A program made the translations under genes and the position numbers. Shown here piece by piece: positions 17,339-25,258 of a stretch of 64,000 nt of DNA (position 1 is the first letter of the stretch; the number at the start of each line of letters is the position of its first letter). The DNA comes from Sphingomonadales bacterium. GTDB taxonomy: Bacteria; Pseudomonadota; Alphaproteobacteria; Sphingomonadales; JAKSBY01. The stretch covers positions 1,817 to 65,816 of the forward strand of contig JAKSBY010000558.1 of NCBI GenBank assembly GCA_022360855.1, in the 5' to 3' direction. Under the pieces are notes generated by a model. It ran no database searches, was not told where the DNA came from, and saw nothing but the letters and a program-made list of their open reading frames with translations.

Positions 17339-19708
17339 ATGGGGGAACAAACCAACAGACATTGGCTAGCGAATGGATTCCGACTGGATGACATTTCGGT
17401 GTTTCCGGCGCGCTCCGAGGTGCGAGGACCGTCGGGAACCGAGCATGTCGAGCCACGGGTTATCGAGCTCGCGATCGCACTTGCCGAACGTGCCGGTGAG
17501 GTCGTGTCGCGCGACGAACTCATAGACCGGGTATGGGGAGGTGCGGCTGGAGCGGATCAATCGCTCAGCACTACCCTCAGCCGCCTGCGCCGCGCGCTGA
17601 ACGACAGTCCCACCGAATCCCGGTTCATCCAGACCGTGCCCAAAAGGGGCTATCGTCTGATCGTTGCGCCTGAACCGCTCGCAGCGCTCAAGACGGAATC
17701 CGACCTGCTTTCCCCGGGCAGACCCCAAAAAGCGCGCGCCAGACGCTGGCTTCCGACGGCGCTCGGACTGTTGGGAATCGCCGCCATCATCGCTTTTGGC
17801 GTGCTTTCTATCACTGGCCCGGACGATCCGGCCCGTCATGATGCCGCCCTCGAAAGAGTCTTTACACCGCCGCCCAATTCCATCGCGGTGCTTCCCTTTC
17901 GTAGTACGGGATTGGCGGATGACGAGAGGTATCTCGGTGAAGAGCTGGCCGAAGAGATTCTGAATCGCCTGGCCGAAGGCGCCGCGCTGCAGGTGGTGAC
18001 TCGTTCGTCGTCGTTCAGCCTCGATACCAGGACCCTGGAGCCCGACGATATCGGCCAGCGCCTTAACGCCGCCTATATTCTGAAGGGAGACCTGCGCAGC
18101 GAAATGGGGCCACTGCGATTGACTTTGGAGCTTGTAACAGCCGCCGACGGTTATCGCGCCTGGGGTAATGTCGTGATCCTGGACGGGGACAACCTTCAAA
18201 GGATAGACGATGAGGTCGCTGCCGCAGTAAAGTCCGTGATGCTGGGAGCGGAGTTCGCCACAACACCGACCGTGTCCCTCCCCGACCCGCCGGCTAATGT
18301 CTTCAATATGGCCGCCTTCGAGGCCTACCTCACCGGCCGCCACAACTACCGCTACCAGCGGCGAGACCCGGCTAATCCTTGGAAAGCCTTCTACAACTTC
18401 TCCCGTGCGGTCGCGCTCGACCCCGACTTCGCAGCCGCCTGGGGGTCGCTTGGCGAAAGCTACCTGGTTCTGGGCCGCCAACCTCCGAAAGAGCTGAAAT
18501 CTCTCGACGAGATCTACGATTTCGTTAGCACCGCGGTAGCACCATTGAGCTGGCAGGACCGCGGTGTTAAAGCTCATGAGGCGATCATCCGCAGCCTCAC
18601 CTTGGACCCCGATTCCCCGGAAGGGCTGTCGGCTCTTGGGGTCTACTACCAATTTTTCCAAGACAATCCGCAGGCCGCAGCCGCGGCATATCGGCAAGTC
18701 ATCCAGATCAATCCGAGCTACGCAGAGGTTTACGCGCGGCTCAAATCTGTTCTCATGGTGACCGGGCCGGCGCTGGAGATGTTCGAAACAGCGCGGCGCG
18801 CCTACAAAGTCGATTCGGCTGTTCCCGGCGCTCTCCTGGTGGGCGCTTTCGCCGAGGCCACTTGGGGCCGTCCGGACCAAGCGGAGGCAATGCTCCGTCG
18901 CCTGATCGCGCTCGGCAATGACGATGCAGGCTATGCGGCCCTGACCGAGTTTTATTATCAGCAGGGCCGCATGCCGCTGGCGATCGAGTGGGGCCGGAAG
19001 GCGCTCGAGGACGGAAGACGCGGCTGGTATGCTCATCTGTTGCTGGTGTTGGCGCATCTTCATTTGGGCGATCTTGCCGCTGCCGAAAAGGACGCCGGCG
19101 ACAGGTTCGACTATCTGGTCGCGCTGGCCCGTGGCGAGACAGACCGCGCATTGGAATTGATCAGCAAGGACCGCGATGATGGCGCATGGCCGCTGTTGTT
19201 CGAGCCCTTCAGAGCAACGATCGAGTTTTATGCCGGCGCCAACGAGAAGGCGCTCGCCCGGTTTGAGGCGATAGGGACGGGCAAGATGAAGGAAGGCCTG
19301 CGAGACCAGCGGCTGCTGACCGAAAATTTTCAAGCCGTTGGCATTGCCATCGCCCACTACGCGCATTTGCGGCAGTTGGCCGATCCGAAGCGACCGAACG
19401 ACGAGCTGCTCGATGAATGCGAAAAATGGGCAAAGGAGTATGCACAGGTCAACGCAAACAACGCGCAGGGCTTGCTTCTCGGAGGATCCTGCGCGCTAGG
19501 CCGCGGTGATCAAGATGCCGCGATGATTGCGTTTGAGAAGGCGTATGAGGACGGTTGGCGCGAACTCTGGCATATTCAAACAAATCCACTATTCCAGCCG
19601 CTCAGAAACCGCCGGGACTTCCAGCAACTGGTGGCAAGAATCGAAGGCGACTTGGCCAGGCAGCTTACGCAAGTGGCGGCGGCACCGGATTCCGGACCGT
19701 CGGAGTGA
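17339..19708 (+). CDS. CadC-like membrane-anchored transcriptional regulator (OmpR/PhoB wHTH - TM - TolB-N-like - TPR)
   Basis: …VIELAIALAERAGEVVSRDELIDRVWGG…LSRLRRAL…IQTVPKRGYRLI (trans_reg_C). TM segment LGLLGIAAIIAFGVLSI. Then SIAVLPFRSTG… and a long helical-repeat region. The start is uncertain: TTG at 17285 or ATG at 17339. Confidence 0.8.
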   Translation: MGEQTNRHWLANGFRLDDISVFPARSEVRGPSGTEHVEPRVIELAIALAERAGEVVSRDELIDRVWGGAAGADQSLSTTLSRLRRALNDSPTESRFIQTVPKRGYRLIVAPEPLAALKTESDLLSPGRPQKARARRWLPTALGLLGIAAIIAFGVLSITGPDDPARHDAALERVFTPPPNSIAVLPFRSTGLADDERYLGEELAEEILNRLAEGAALQVVTRSSSFSLDTRTLEPDDIGQRLNAAYILKGDLRSEMGPLRLTLELVTAADGYRAWGNVVILDGDNLQRIDDEVAAAVKSVMLGAEFATTPTVSLPDPPANVFNMAAFEAYLTGRHNYRYQRRDPANPWKAFYNFSRAVALDPDFAAAWGSLGESYLVLGRQPPKELKSLDEIYDFVSTAVAPLSWQDRGVKAHEAIIRSLTLDPDSPEGLSALGVYYQFFQDNPQAAAAAYRQVIQINPSYAEVYARLKSVLMVTGPALEMFETARRAYKVDSAVPGALLVGAFAEATWGRPDQAEAMLRRLIALGNDDAGYAALTEFYYQQGRMPLAIEWGRKALEDGRRGWYAHLLLVLAHLHLGDLAAAEKDAGDRFDYLVALARGETDRALELISKDRDDGAWPLLFEPFRATIEFYAGANEKALARFEAIGTGKMKEGLRDQRLLTENFQAVGIAIAHYAHLRQLADPKRPNDELLDECEKWAKEYAQVNANNAQGLLLGGSCALGRGDQDAAMIAFEKAYEDGWRELWHIQTNPLFQPLRNRRDFQQLVARIEGDLARQLTQVAAAPDSGPSE

Positions 19709-19711
19709 CCT

Positions 19712-22639
19712 CTAGCCGGTCACGACAAGCCGCAGGAAGAAGCGGCGCCCAAGCGTGTCATAGGTAGACGGATCCGTGTTGGCGAAGCGTGCCTCGTCAC
19801 CCAGAAGCGGCGGGTCGTTGTCGAGCAGGTTTTGGACCCCGAAGTGGGCCGAAAAACGGTCGCCGTGGCGATAGACCAGTGTCAGATCAACGTAGTGCTC
19901 AGCACCGACCTTGGGCACGGTCGTAGGAATTTCCAAGACTGTGCGGGAATTGGTCATGCCGGAGATCCAACGCCAGCGAACCGATGCGGTGAAGGGGCCG
20001 CTATCGTAGGTGAGACGGTTCGTCATCGTCGCTCGCGGCAATGCGCCGAACGTGGTGAAGGTCCCGCAGAAGGGGCCGAAAAATCCGGCGCAGTCGGTGA
20101 ACGGCACCAGAGGCGTGGTTTGGGAACCGTTGGTCAAATAGTAGCTGGCATTCACCGACAGACTGAGTTGGGCGGCGCTTTCGACCAGCGCAAACTGATC
20201 GGCGTCCGCCTGCAAGACGAGTTGCCAATCGAAGCCCTCGACTTTGCCGAAGGCGACATTCTCGAAGACGAATCGTGCCTCCGAGATGTCGCCCGACGGA
20301 CCGCGGCTGAAGGATTGGCAAAAGGGGCTGTCGATATTGCCCGCCAAAAAGCACAGCGCCACGCCATCAGTGGGCGCCAGCAGGTCGACCGCATTGTCGA
20401 GGCGAATGACGAAGTAATCGAAAGTCAACGACGCGCCATGAAGAGATGACGGACGGTAGACCACGCCGGCAGTGATCGAACGCGCCTGCTCGGGCTCCAA
20501 ATCGGGACGCGAAACCAGCAAGATATCAGTAGGAAAAAAATCAGCCTCGAATATCCCTATCTGGTCAGCCGGCACGCCTTGGTCGATGCAGAGACTGGCA
20601 ACGCCACTGCCGACCGGGTCTCGCGACGCGCTGCAGGGGTCGACCTGAAGTCCGAAGTCATTGTCGGTGAAAAAGAAAGACGTGCCCTGAAACGCCTCGC
20701 CCACGCCCGGAGCACGGACCGCTCGCTGATAGCTTGCGCGAATCCGCATGTCGCTATGCGGCTGCCATTCGCTGCCGAGTTTCCATGTCCATACGGAACC
20801 GCTGGTGTTGTAGTCGGAAATTCGTACTCCCCCCTCAAGACCGACATAGCCGGCACCGCGTCGGTCGGCCACAAGTGGAATACGCGCTTCGCCGAAGATC
20901 TCCTTGACCGTGATGACGCCAAACGACGTGACATCGGCGTTCCGCCCCAGGGCTTCACCAGTCAGAATCGCGTTATCGGGGAAGAGCCCCGCAGCATTGC
21001 GGCGCCATTCGGCACCGAGGACGACATCGAGCGATCCGGCGGGAAGATCGTAGACGGTGCCGTTAAGGGTGCCGGAAGCAACCTGCTGCTCGTGGCGTTC
21101 CGTGTTAACGATCGGGTCGAGCCGGATGAAGTTCGCGGCAGCGTCGCTTACATTGCCTGCGCCGAACGGATTGACCGGCACGCAGCCACCGGATGGATCG
21201 GCGCAGGCGCCAGTAGCCGGATCGACGAGCAGGGCCTGAAGATATCGGCTGGTGGATCCTTCATTGGTTATGATCTGATCATTCTCCGTGCGCGAATAGG
21301 AATAATGGGTTTCCCAGCTCCACCGGCTTCCGATCTGTCCGTCGAAGGCGGCCATCACACGGAAGAAGTCGCGCTTGTTTTTGATCTCGCGATCTCCGAG
21401 TTCATCCAGTCGGCGCAGGAAGAACAATCCGGCCAAGCCGTCATTGTCCGGGTCGAATTGTCCTGCGAGAAGGTCTCGAAATTCAGGCGTCAAGTCTGCC
21501 CAATCGGTGTTGACGGTTACGAACTCGCGGGCCGGCGCAGAACCCAGCGGACGCTGCGGCTCGGTTCGCACAAAGCTAAACTCGAGGACCGCACGAAGTT
21601 CATCCAACAAATCAAAATGGCTGAATCCACTTAGCGCGAACCGCTCCATACCCGTTCGAAGCGGCTGCTCAGCGGCGAAATTAAAGAGATCATCGGGATT
21701 GAGAAACAGGCGGGGGACCCCGTCCGGCTCAAAGGTCACTGTTCCGAATGTGCTGTCAATTTCGGCGCCTGGAAAGATGATGTGGCCGTCGGGCGTGGTG
21801 ACGCTGCCGTCCAAGATCAGTTCGCCCGCGGCAAAGTCTTCTTCAAGCGGGACGCGAGAAAAGGCTCGATCGCCTTGGAAGATGATTGTTCGGCGGTGGT
21901 AGTTTCCGAACACCGCGATATGCCCGCGTTCACCTGCAAAATCGGTTCCGTAGGTGAGTCCCACGTCATAGGTCTCGCCGTCGCCCTCATCGGTGATGTC
22001 AAATTGGAATGTGGCTTCGACGCCCGAGAAGTCGTCATTGAGAATGAAATTGACTGCACCGGCGACCGCGTCCGAACCGTAGACGGCACTGGCGCCACCG
22101 GTGATCACTTCGATCCGCTCGATCAGCGATGGCGGGATGGCATTTAGATCGACGGAGCCGAAAATGCCGCTTGCAGCATACCGCCTGCCGCTCAGCATCA
22201 CGAGAGTGCGAAAATCTCCGAGCCCCCGCAGATTTATGCGGGCTGTACCGTCATCAATGGGATTTTTGGCGCTGAATCCGCCGTCGACCTGCGGCAGTGT
22301 GTTGAGCAAGTCATCCAGATTGGTGATGCCCGAAAGAACGATCTGCGCTTCATCCAGGGTCGTGATGGGACTAAGCGAAAAGAGATCCGGCCTGGGAATC
22401 CGGCTACCCGTGACGATGATCTGATTTAGAGTGCGGTTGGTCCGGTCATCATCTTTGGCCGATTGCGCGCTATCGATCCCGCCGGCGCCAACAACGCCTG
22501 CCAAGATTGCCAGCCTGAACGCAATTGCATTCACGGACCTGCCCCCACAGAGTCCCAATGCCACATCGGAACGAAACACGGAATTTTCGCCGTGCCAAAT
22601 GGCGACCCCAACGGGACGTTCGCCTAGACCAGACAACAC
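19712..22639 (-). CDS. TonB-dependent receptor
   Basis: Plug region …NQIIVTGSRIPRPDLFSLSPITTLDEAQI…NLDDLLNTLPQV, followed by a roughly 800-aa beta-rich barrel. A signal peptide appears only after the alternative GTG start at 22534 (VNAIAFRLAILAGVVGAGG…). Confidence 0.9.
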   Translation of the reverse strand: MLSGLGERPVGVAIWHGENSVFRSDVALGLCGGRSVNAIAFRLAILAGVVGAGGIDSAQSAKDDDRTNRTLNQIIVTGSRIPRPDLFSLSPITTLDEAQIVLSGITNLDDLLNTLPQVDGGFSAKNPIDDGTARINLRGLGDFRTLVMLSGRRYAASGIFGSVDLNAIPPSLIERIEVITGGASAVYGSDAVAGAVNFILNDDFSGVEATFQFDITDEGDGETYDVGLTYGTDFAGERGHIAVFGNYHRRTIIFQGDRAFSRVPLEEDFAAGELILDGSVTTPDGHIIFPGAEIDSTFGTVTFEPDGVPRLFLNPDDLFNFAAEQPLRTGMERFALSGFSHFDLLDELRAVLEFSFVRTEPQRPLGSAPAREFVTVNTDWADLTPEFRDLLAGQFDPDNDGLAGLFFLRRLDELGDREIKNKRDFFRVMAAFDGQIGSRWSWETHYSYSRTENDQIITNEGSTSRYLQALLVDPATGACADPSGGCVPVNPFGAGNVSDAAANFIRLDPIVNTERHEQQVASGTLNGTVYDLPAGSLDVVLGAEWRRNAAGLFPDNAILTGEALGRNADVTSFGVITVKEIFGEARIPLVADRRGAGYVGLEGGVRISDYNTSGSVWTWKLGSEWQPHSDMRIRASYQRAVRAPGVGEAFQGTSFFFTDNDFGLQVDPCSASRDPVGSGVASLCIDQGVPADQIGIFEADFFPTDILLVSRPDLEPEQARSITAGVVYRPSSLHGASLTFDYFVIRLDNAVDLLAPTDGVALCFLAGNIDSPFCQSFSRGPSGDISEARFVFENVAFGKVEGFDWQLVLQADADQFALVESAAQLSLSVNASYYLTNGSQTTPLVPFTDCAGFFGPFCGTFTTFGALPRATMTNRLTYDSGPFTASVRWRWISGMTNSRTVLEIPTTVPKVGAEHYVDLTLVYRHGDRFSAHFGVQNLLDNDPPLLGDEARFANTDPSTYDTLGRRFFLRLVVTG

Positions 22640-22880
22640 GCAAAGAGATCGTCTGCTCAGCCCAACATACGCCTTAACCGTGTAGAGTCAAAATGCCGCT
22701 CAACCAAACCGGCCGATCCTTAATGGCGCTTGAGCGGTCGCGCCGTTGGATGAATCGGTTTTCTTATCCTGACAAGGCGTTTGGATTTTGGGTCCCGTGG
22801 TCGCTGAGTATCTTGCCGGAAAGGTTCGAATCTCAAGAGAAACGACTTAAGCCATTGATATTATTATGTATTTTTTGGAG

Positions 22881-22971
22881 TGGCGGAGAGGAAGGGATTC
22901 GAACCCTCGATGGGCTATTAACCCATACTCCCTTAGCAGGGGAGCGCCTTCGACCACTCGGCCACCTCTCC
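22881..22971 (-). tRNA. tRNA-Ser (anticodon GCU)
   Basis: The reverse complement is GGAGAGGTGGCCGAGTGGTCGAAGGCGCTCCCCTGCTAAGGGAGTATGGGTTAATAGCCCATCGAGGGTTCGAATCCCTTCCTCTCCGCCA. It has a 7-bp acceptor stem, a long variable arm, a TTCGAAT T-loop, an anticodon loop CT-GCT-AA and an encoded CCA. Confidence 0.95.
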
Positions 22972-23359
22972 GGGGCCGTCAATAACGCAGGATTCCTGCG
23001 CTTTCAACCGATTTTAAGGTCTCGGCCGGATAAACCGATTCGGTAGGTATTGGTAGAACAGAGCAGGTACAGGTAGACGCAGTTGGGCGTTTTCTGGGAC
23101 ATCGGCCGTTTATTCGATGGATGGAAAGAATACAAAGGGACGGAAATGTCGCGTGGGGGGCGGGGAGGTTGCGCGGGACCGCGCTAGGAGGTGGGAATGG
23201 GAGGTCGTGACCCGGGGTCGATCACCCTGAAGGCGATCAGCCTGGGGCAAAATTGGTAGGACCGAACGGTCCAGGCCCTGGTGGGAGCGAGGACGCGGCC
23301 GGCGGCGACGTCCTCCCAGGAATAGAACCTGACTTCAAACGATACGCAACTGAACTCGT

Positions 23360-23683
23360 CTAGGTCGACCACAGCTGAGCGGCCGCCACGACGAGAGCCG
23401 TGGGGATGGCATAGATGATCGCCGGGCTGTAGAACCCGTAGTTCGCTAAGGCCAAACGCCAGGATCGGGGGAATGCGCCCAGGGAGGATTTGGCCCTACC
23501 GGTGATCCTCAGGTATTCCTCCGCCTGCGCGACCTCCCGGAAGAACCACCGCGTGACCGTGCCGAACCAGACACCCAAGGCGGCCGTGGCGATCGGGCCC
23601 AGCCGCCACAGGGAAATGGCCAAAAGGACCGTCGACACGGTATAGAAGGCCGCCTCGACCTTAACGTGGTTCCAATGAAACAT
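23360..23683 (-). CDS. Small membrane protein at the prophage end
   Basis: MFHWNHVKVEAAFYTVSTVLLAISLWRLGPIATAALGVWFG… with 3 hydrophobic segments. The start is embedded in the o-spanin 3' end. Confidence 0.5.
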   Translation of the reverse strand: MFHWNHVKVEAAFYTVSTVLLAISLWRLGPIATAALGVWFGTVTRWFFREVAQAEEYLRITGRAKSSLGAFPRSWRLALANYGFYSPAIIYAIPTALVVAAAQLWST

Positions 23684-23993
23684 CGCCTTCTCCCATTTTG
23701 GTTTCGGCGCCTTCCAGCCAGCGCCGGAGCGCCGCCTTGTCGGCGTTGCAGCGCGACAGGAGCTCAACGGCGTTCAGATATGCGTCGACCAGATCACCGG
23801 TTGTCCGGCCGTCGAATTCGATGGATCCGCAGTCCCGCGCCAGTTGAGCCGGCGGCAGGACGTATTCAGTCCGGGGCGGGCTCGGCGGTGCCGGAGGCGC
23901 CGGAGGCGGCTCGACAATCGTGGGCGAGCAGGCAGCCGCGCAAAGCGTCAGGAATAGGCTGGCTGAGATAGTCGTCAACGGTTTGGTTGTCAC
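23661..23993 (-). CDS. o-spanin (Rz1-like lipoprotein), overlapping the i-spanin gene
   Basis: From GTG at 23993: VTTKPLTTISASLFLTLCAAACS, followed by the proline-rich PTIVEPPPAPPAPPSPP. It has a lipobox-like Cys. 128 nt lie inside the i-spanin gene in another frame. Confidence 0.65.
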   Translation of the reverse strand: MTTKPLTTISASLFLTLCAAACSPTIVEPPPAPPAPPSPPRTEYVLPPAQLARDCGSIEFDGRTTGDLVDAYLNAVELLSRCNADKAALRRWLEGAETKMGEGDVSLEPR

Positions 23994-24312
23994 GTCGAAG
24001 CTCCTGAATCGAGGATCTGAGTTCGCTGTTTTCCCGGGTGATCCGCTCACGGGCTTCCTGTATCTCGCCGAGCAGCGCCTCGGTATCTTTGCGCTTTTCC
24101 TCGGCGGCCTCGTAGGCGGACTCCCACTGCCTGGCGGTGTCGGAATAGCCCTCGGCGGCCGCCATCCACTGCGCGGTCGATTGCTTCCAGCCGCCGAGAT
24201 CCTCGAGCGCCCGGTCGCGGGCCGCCTCGGCCCGGCCCAACTGCCAGTACATCGCGCCGACGGCGACCGCCGAGACGACACCGATCGCTATCGCGATTTT
24301 TCCGCCGATCAT
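23866..24312 (-). CDS. i-spanin (Rz-like)
   Basis: MIGGKIAIAIGVVSAVAVGAMYW (N-terminal TM), then a charged coiled-coil region (…EKRKDTEALLGEIQEARERITRENSELRSSIQELRRDN…). ATGA overlap with the upstream ORF. Confidence 0.7.
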   Translation of the reverse strand: MIGGKIAIAIGVVSAVAVGAMYWQLGRAEAARDRALEDLGGWKQSTAQWMAAAEGYSDTARQWESAYEAAEEKRKDTEALLGEIQEARERITRENSELRSSIQELRRDNQTVDDYLSQPIPDALRGCLLAHDCRAASGASGTAEPAPD

Positions 24313-24551
24313 CGCTTGGTCCTCACATTGGTCAGGTAGGAGTACGCCTTCGGCCCAAGCTCGCAGAACGCGATAAGCGCCAGGATCAGGAACGAGTTGT
24401 CGGTGATCAGCGACGCCTGGTCGGGCCTGAAGGCGATCACGTACTGCATCCACACCACAGTCTCGACGGAGAGGATCCGGCCCATGAGTTCAAACCTGCG
24501 CGTGAACTTAAAGGCATTCGGATCCCTTCCGCCGCCGGGAACATCGCTCAT
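24309..24551 (-). CDS. Small membrane protein upstream of the spanins (holin/antiholin candidate)
   Basis: 80 aa with two hydrophobic stretches (ILSVETVVWMQYVIAF, SFLILALIAFCELG). Its ATG is the last ATG of the 13-bp repeat array. Confidence 0.4.
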   Translation of the reverse strand: MSDVPGGGRDPNAFKFTRRFELMGRILSVETVVWMQYVIAFRPDQASLITDNSFLILALIAFCELGPKAYSYLTNVRTKR

Positions 24552-24600
24552 GTCAGAGACGCATGTCAGAGACGCATGTCAGAGACGCATGTCAGAGACG
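24549..24600. repeat. Perfect tandem repeat, 13 bp x 4 (CATGTCAGAGACG)
   Basis: Read directly from the sequence: units at 24549, 24562, 24575 and 24588. On the minus strand each unit is CGTCTCTGACATG, which contains both TGA and ATG. Confidence 0.97.
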
Positions 24601-25170
24601 AAGGCCCGCCCGGGCCACGATCTCGTTACGCGACGGATTGGCCATGACCTCGCCGTCACCGAAACGGCCGTAGTCGGTCCGGCGGTACTCCGCCCCGAGA
24701 AAAAGCCATCGGGTCGGTGACCATTCAAGGCCGCCGCCGTAGACCAATCCCGTCTCGGTGCTTTTCAGGACCGCACCGGGATCCTCGAAGCTGAACTCGG
24801 TAAAGCTGACGCCGAGCCGGCCGTAGGCCAGCACCGTTCCATTCGCGAGCGCATAGCCGAGACGGGCCGACCCGCCATAGGTCAGATCGGCGCCGAAATC
24901 CGCATCGCCGAGCGCCGATACCGGTCCGTTGAACGTGGCGTCCGCCTGCACCCCGAGCGACAGATTCCCGACGGCCAGGTCGTAGCCCACGAACAGGCCG
25001 GGCGTGATGCTGTCGGCCGACAGATTGAGCGACAGATCCCCGTCGCCGATCGACAGATTGTCGTCGGAGTATCCGGCCAGAACGCCGGCCGACAGCCCGC
25101 CGAAACGGTTCTCGGCCTGCGCGGGCACAACGAATAGTGCGGCCATAAGGACCGCGAGTAGATACTTCAT
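24592..25170 (-). CDS. Small outer-membrane beta-barrel protein (OMP_b-brl / Ail-Lom-OmpW-like), prophage moron
   Basis: Signal peptide MKYLLAVLMAALFVVPAQA. Alternating beta-strand pattern with aromatic girdles (…GLFVGYDL…, …ARLGYAL…, …VYGGGLEW…, …FLGAEYRRTDY…). About 170 aa mature. Confidence 0.8.
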   Translation of the reverse strand: MKYLLAVLMAALFVVPAQAENRFGGLSAGVLAGYSDDNLSIGDGDLSLNLSADSITPGLFVGYDLAVGNLSLGVQADATFNGPVSALGDADFGADLTYGGSARLGYALANGTVLAYGRLGVSFTEFSFEDPGAVLKSTETGLVYGGGLEWSPTRWLFLGAEYRRTDYGRFGDGEVMANPSRNEIVARAGLRL

Positions 25171-25196
25171 GGTAGTTCTCCTGGAATGCGGAAGCC

Positions 25197-25220
25197 GGTC
25201 GGAGCCTTCGGGCTCCGACC
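25197..25220 (-). terminator. 10-bp GC hairpin between the peptidase-like gene and the OMP moron
   Basis: ggtcggagcc-ttcg-ggctccgacc is a perfect stem. The downstream tract on the minus strand is only weakly U-rich (GGCUUCCGCAUU). Confidence 0.35.
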
Positions 25221-25258
25221 GCTCCCTGGGAAGCGCGGCCGGCGGGCCGCACGGTTAT

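Noticed and set aside
17366-19366. 666-aa minus-strand ORF, plus many similar long shadow ORFs (for example 7052-8080, 6117-7115, 9375-10436, 30079-31473, 36814-38169, 41401-42507, 43097-43732, 46734-47792).
   Set aside because: All are antisense to, or out of frame with, genes that have clear motifs. Their translations are Arg/Gly/Pro/Ala-rich, as expected for non-coding frames of high-GC DNA.
22818-22835. GGTTCGAATCTC on the plus strand, a possible second tRNA T-arm.
   Set aside because: The flanking sequence cannot form a T-stem or an acceptor stem. It is an isolated motif.
22693-23046. 117-aa plus-strand ORF.
   Set aside because: It runs straight through the tRNA-Ser gene on the opposite strand and has no coding-like composition. 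It is a spurious ORF.
23184-23372. 62-aa minus-strand ORF at the extreme prophage end.
   Set aside because: No start context or recognisable features. It could be real, but the evidence is only that the frame is open.
24549-24600. The 13-bp tandem repeat as a CRISPR array.
   Set aside because: The units are contiguous with no spacers, far shorter than CRISPR repeats, and there are no cas genes in the window.
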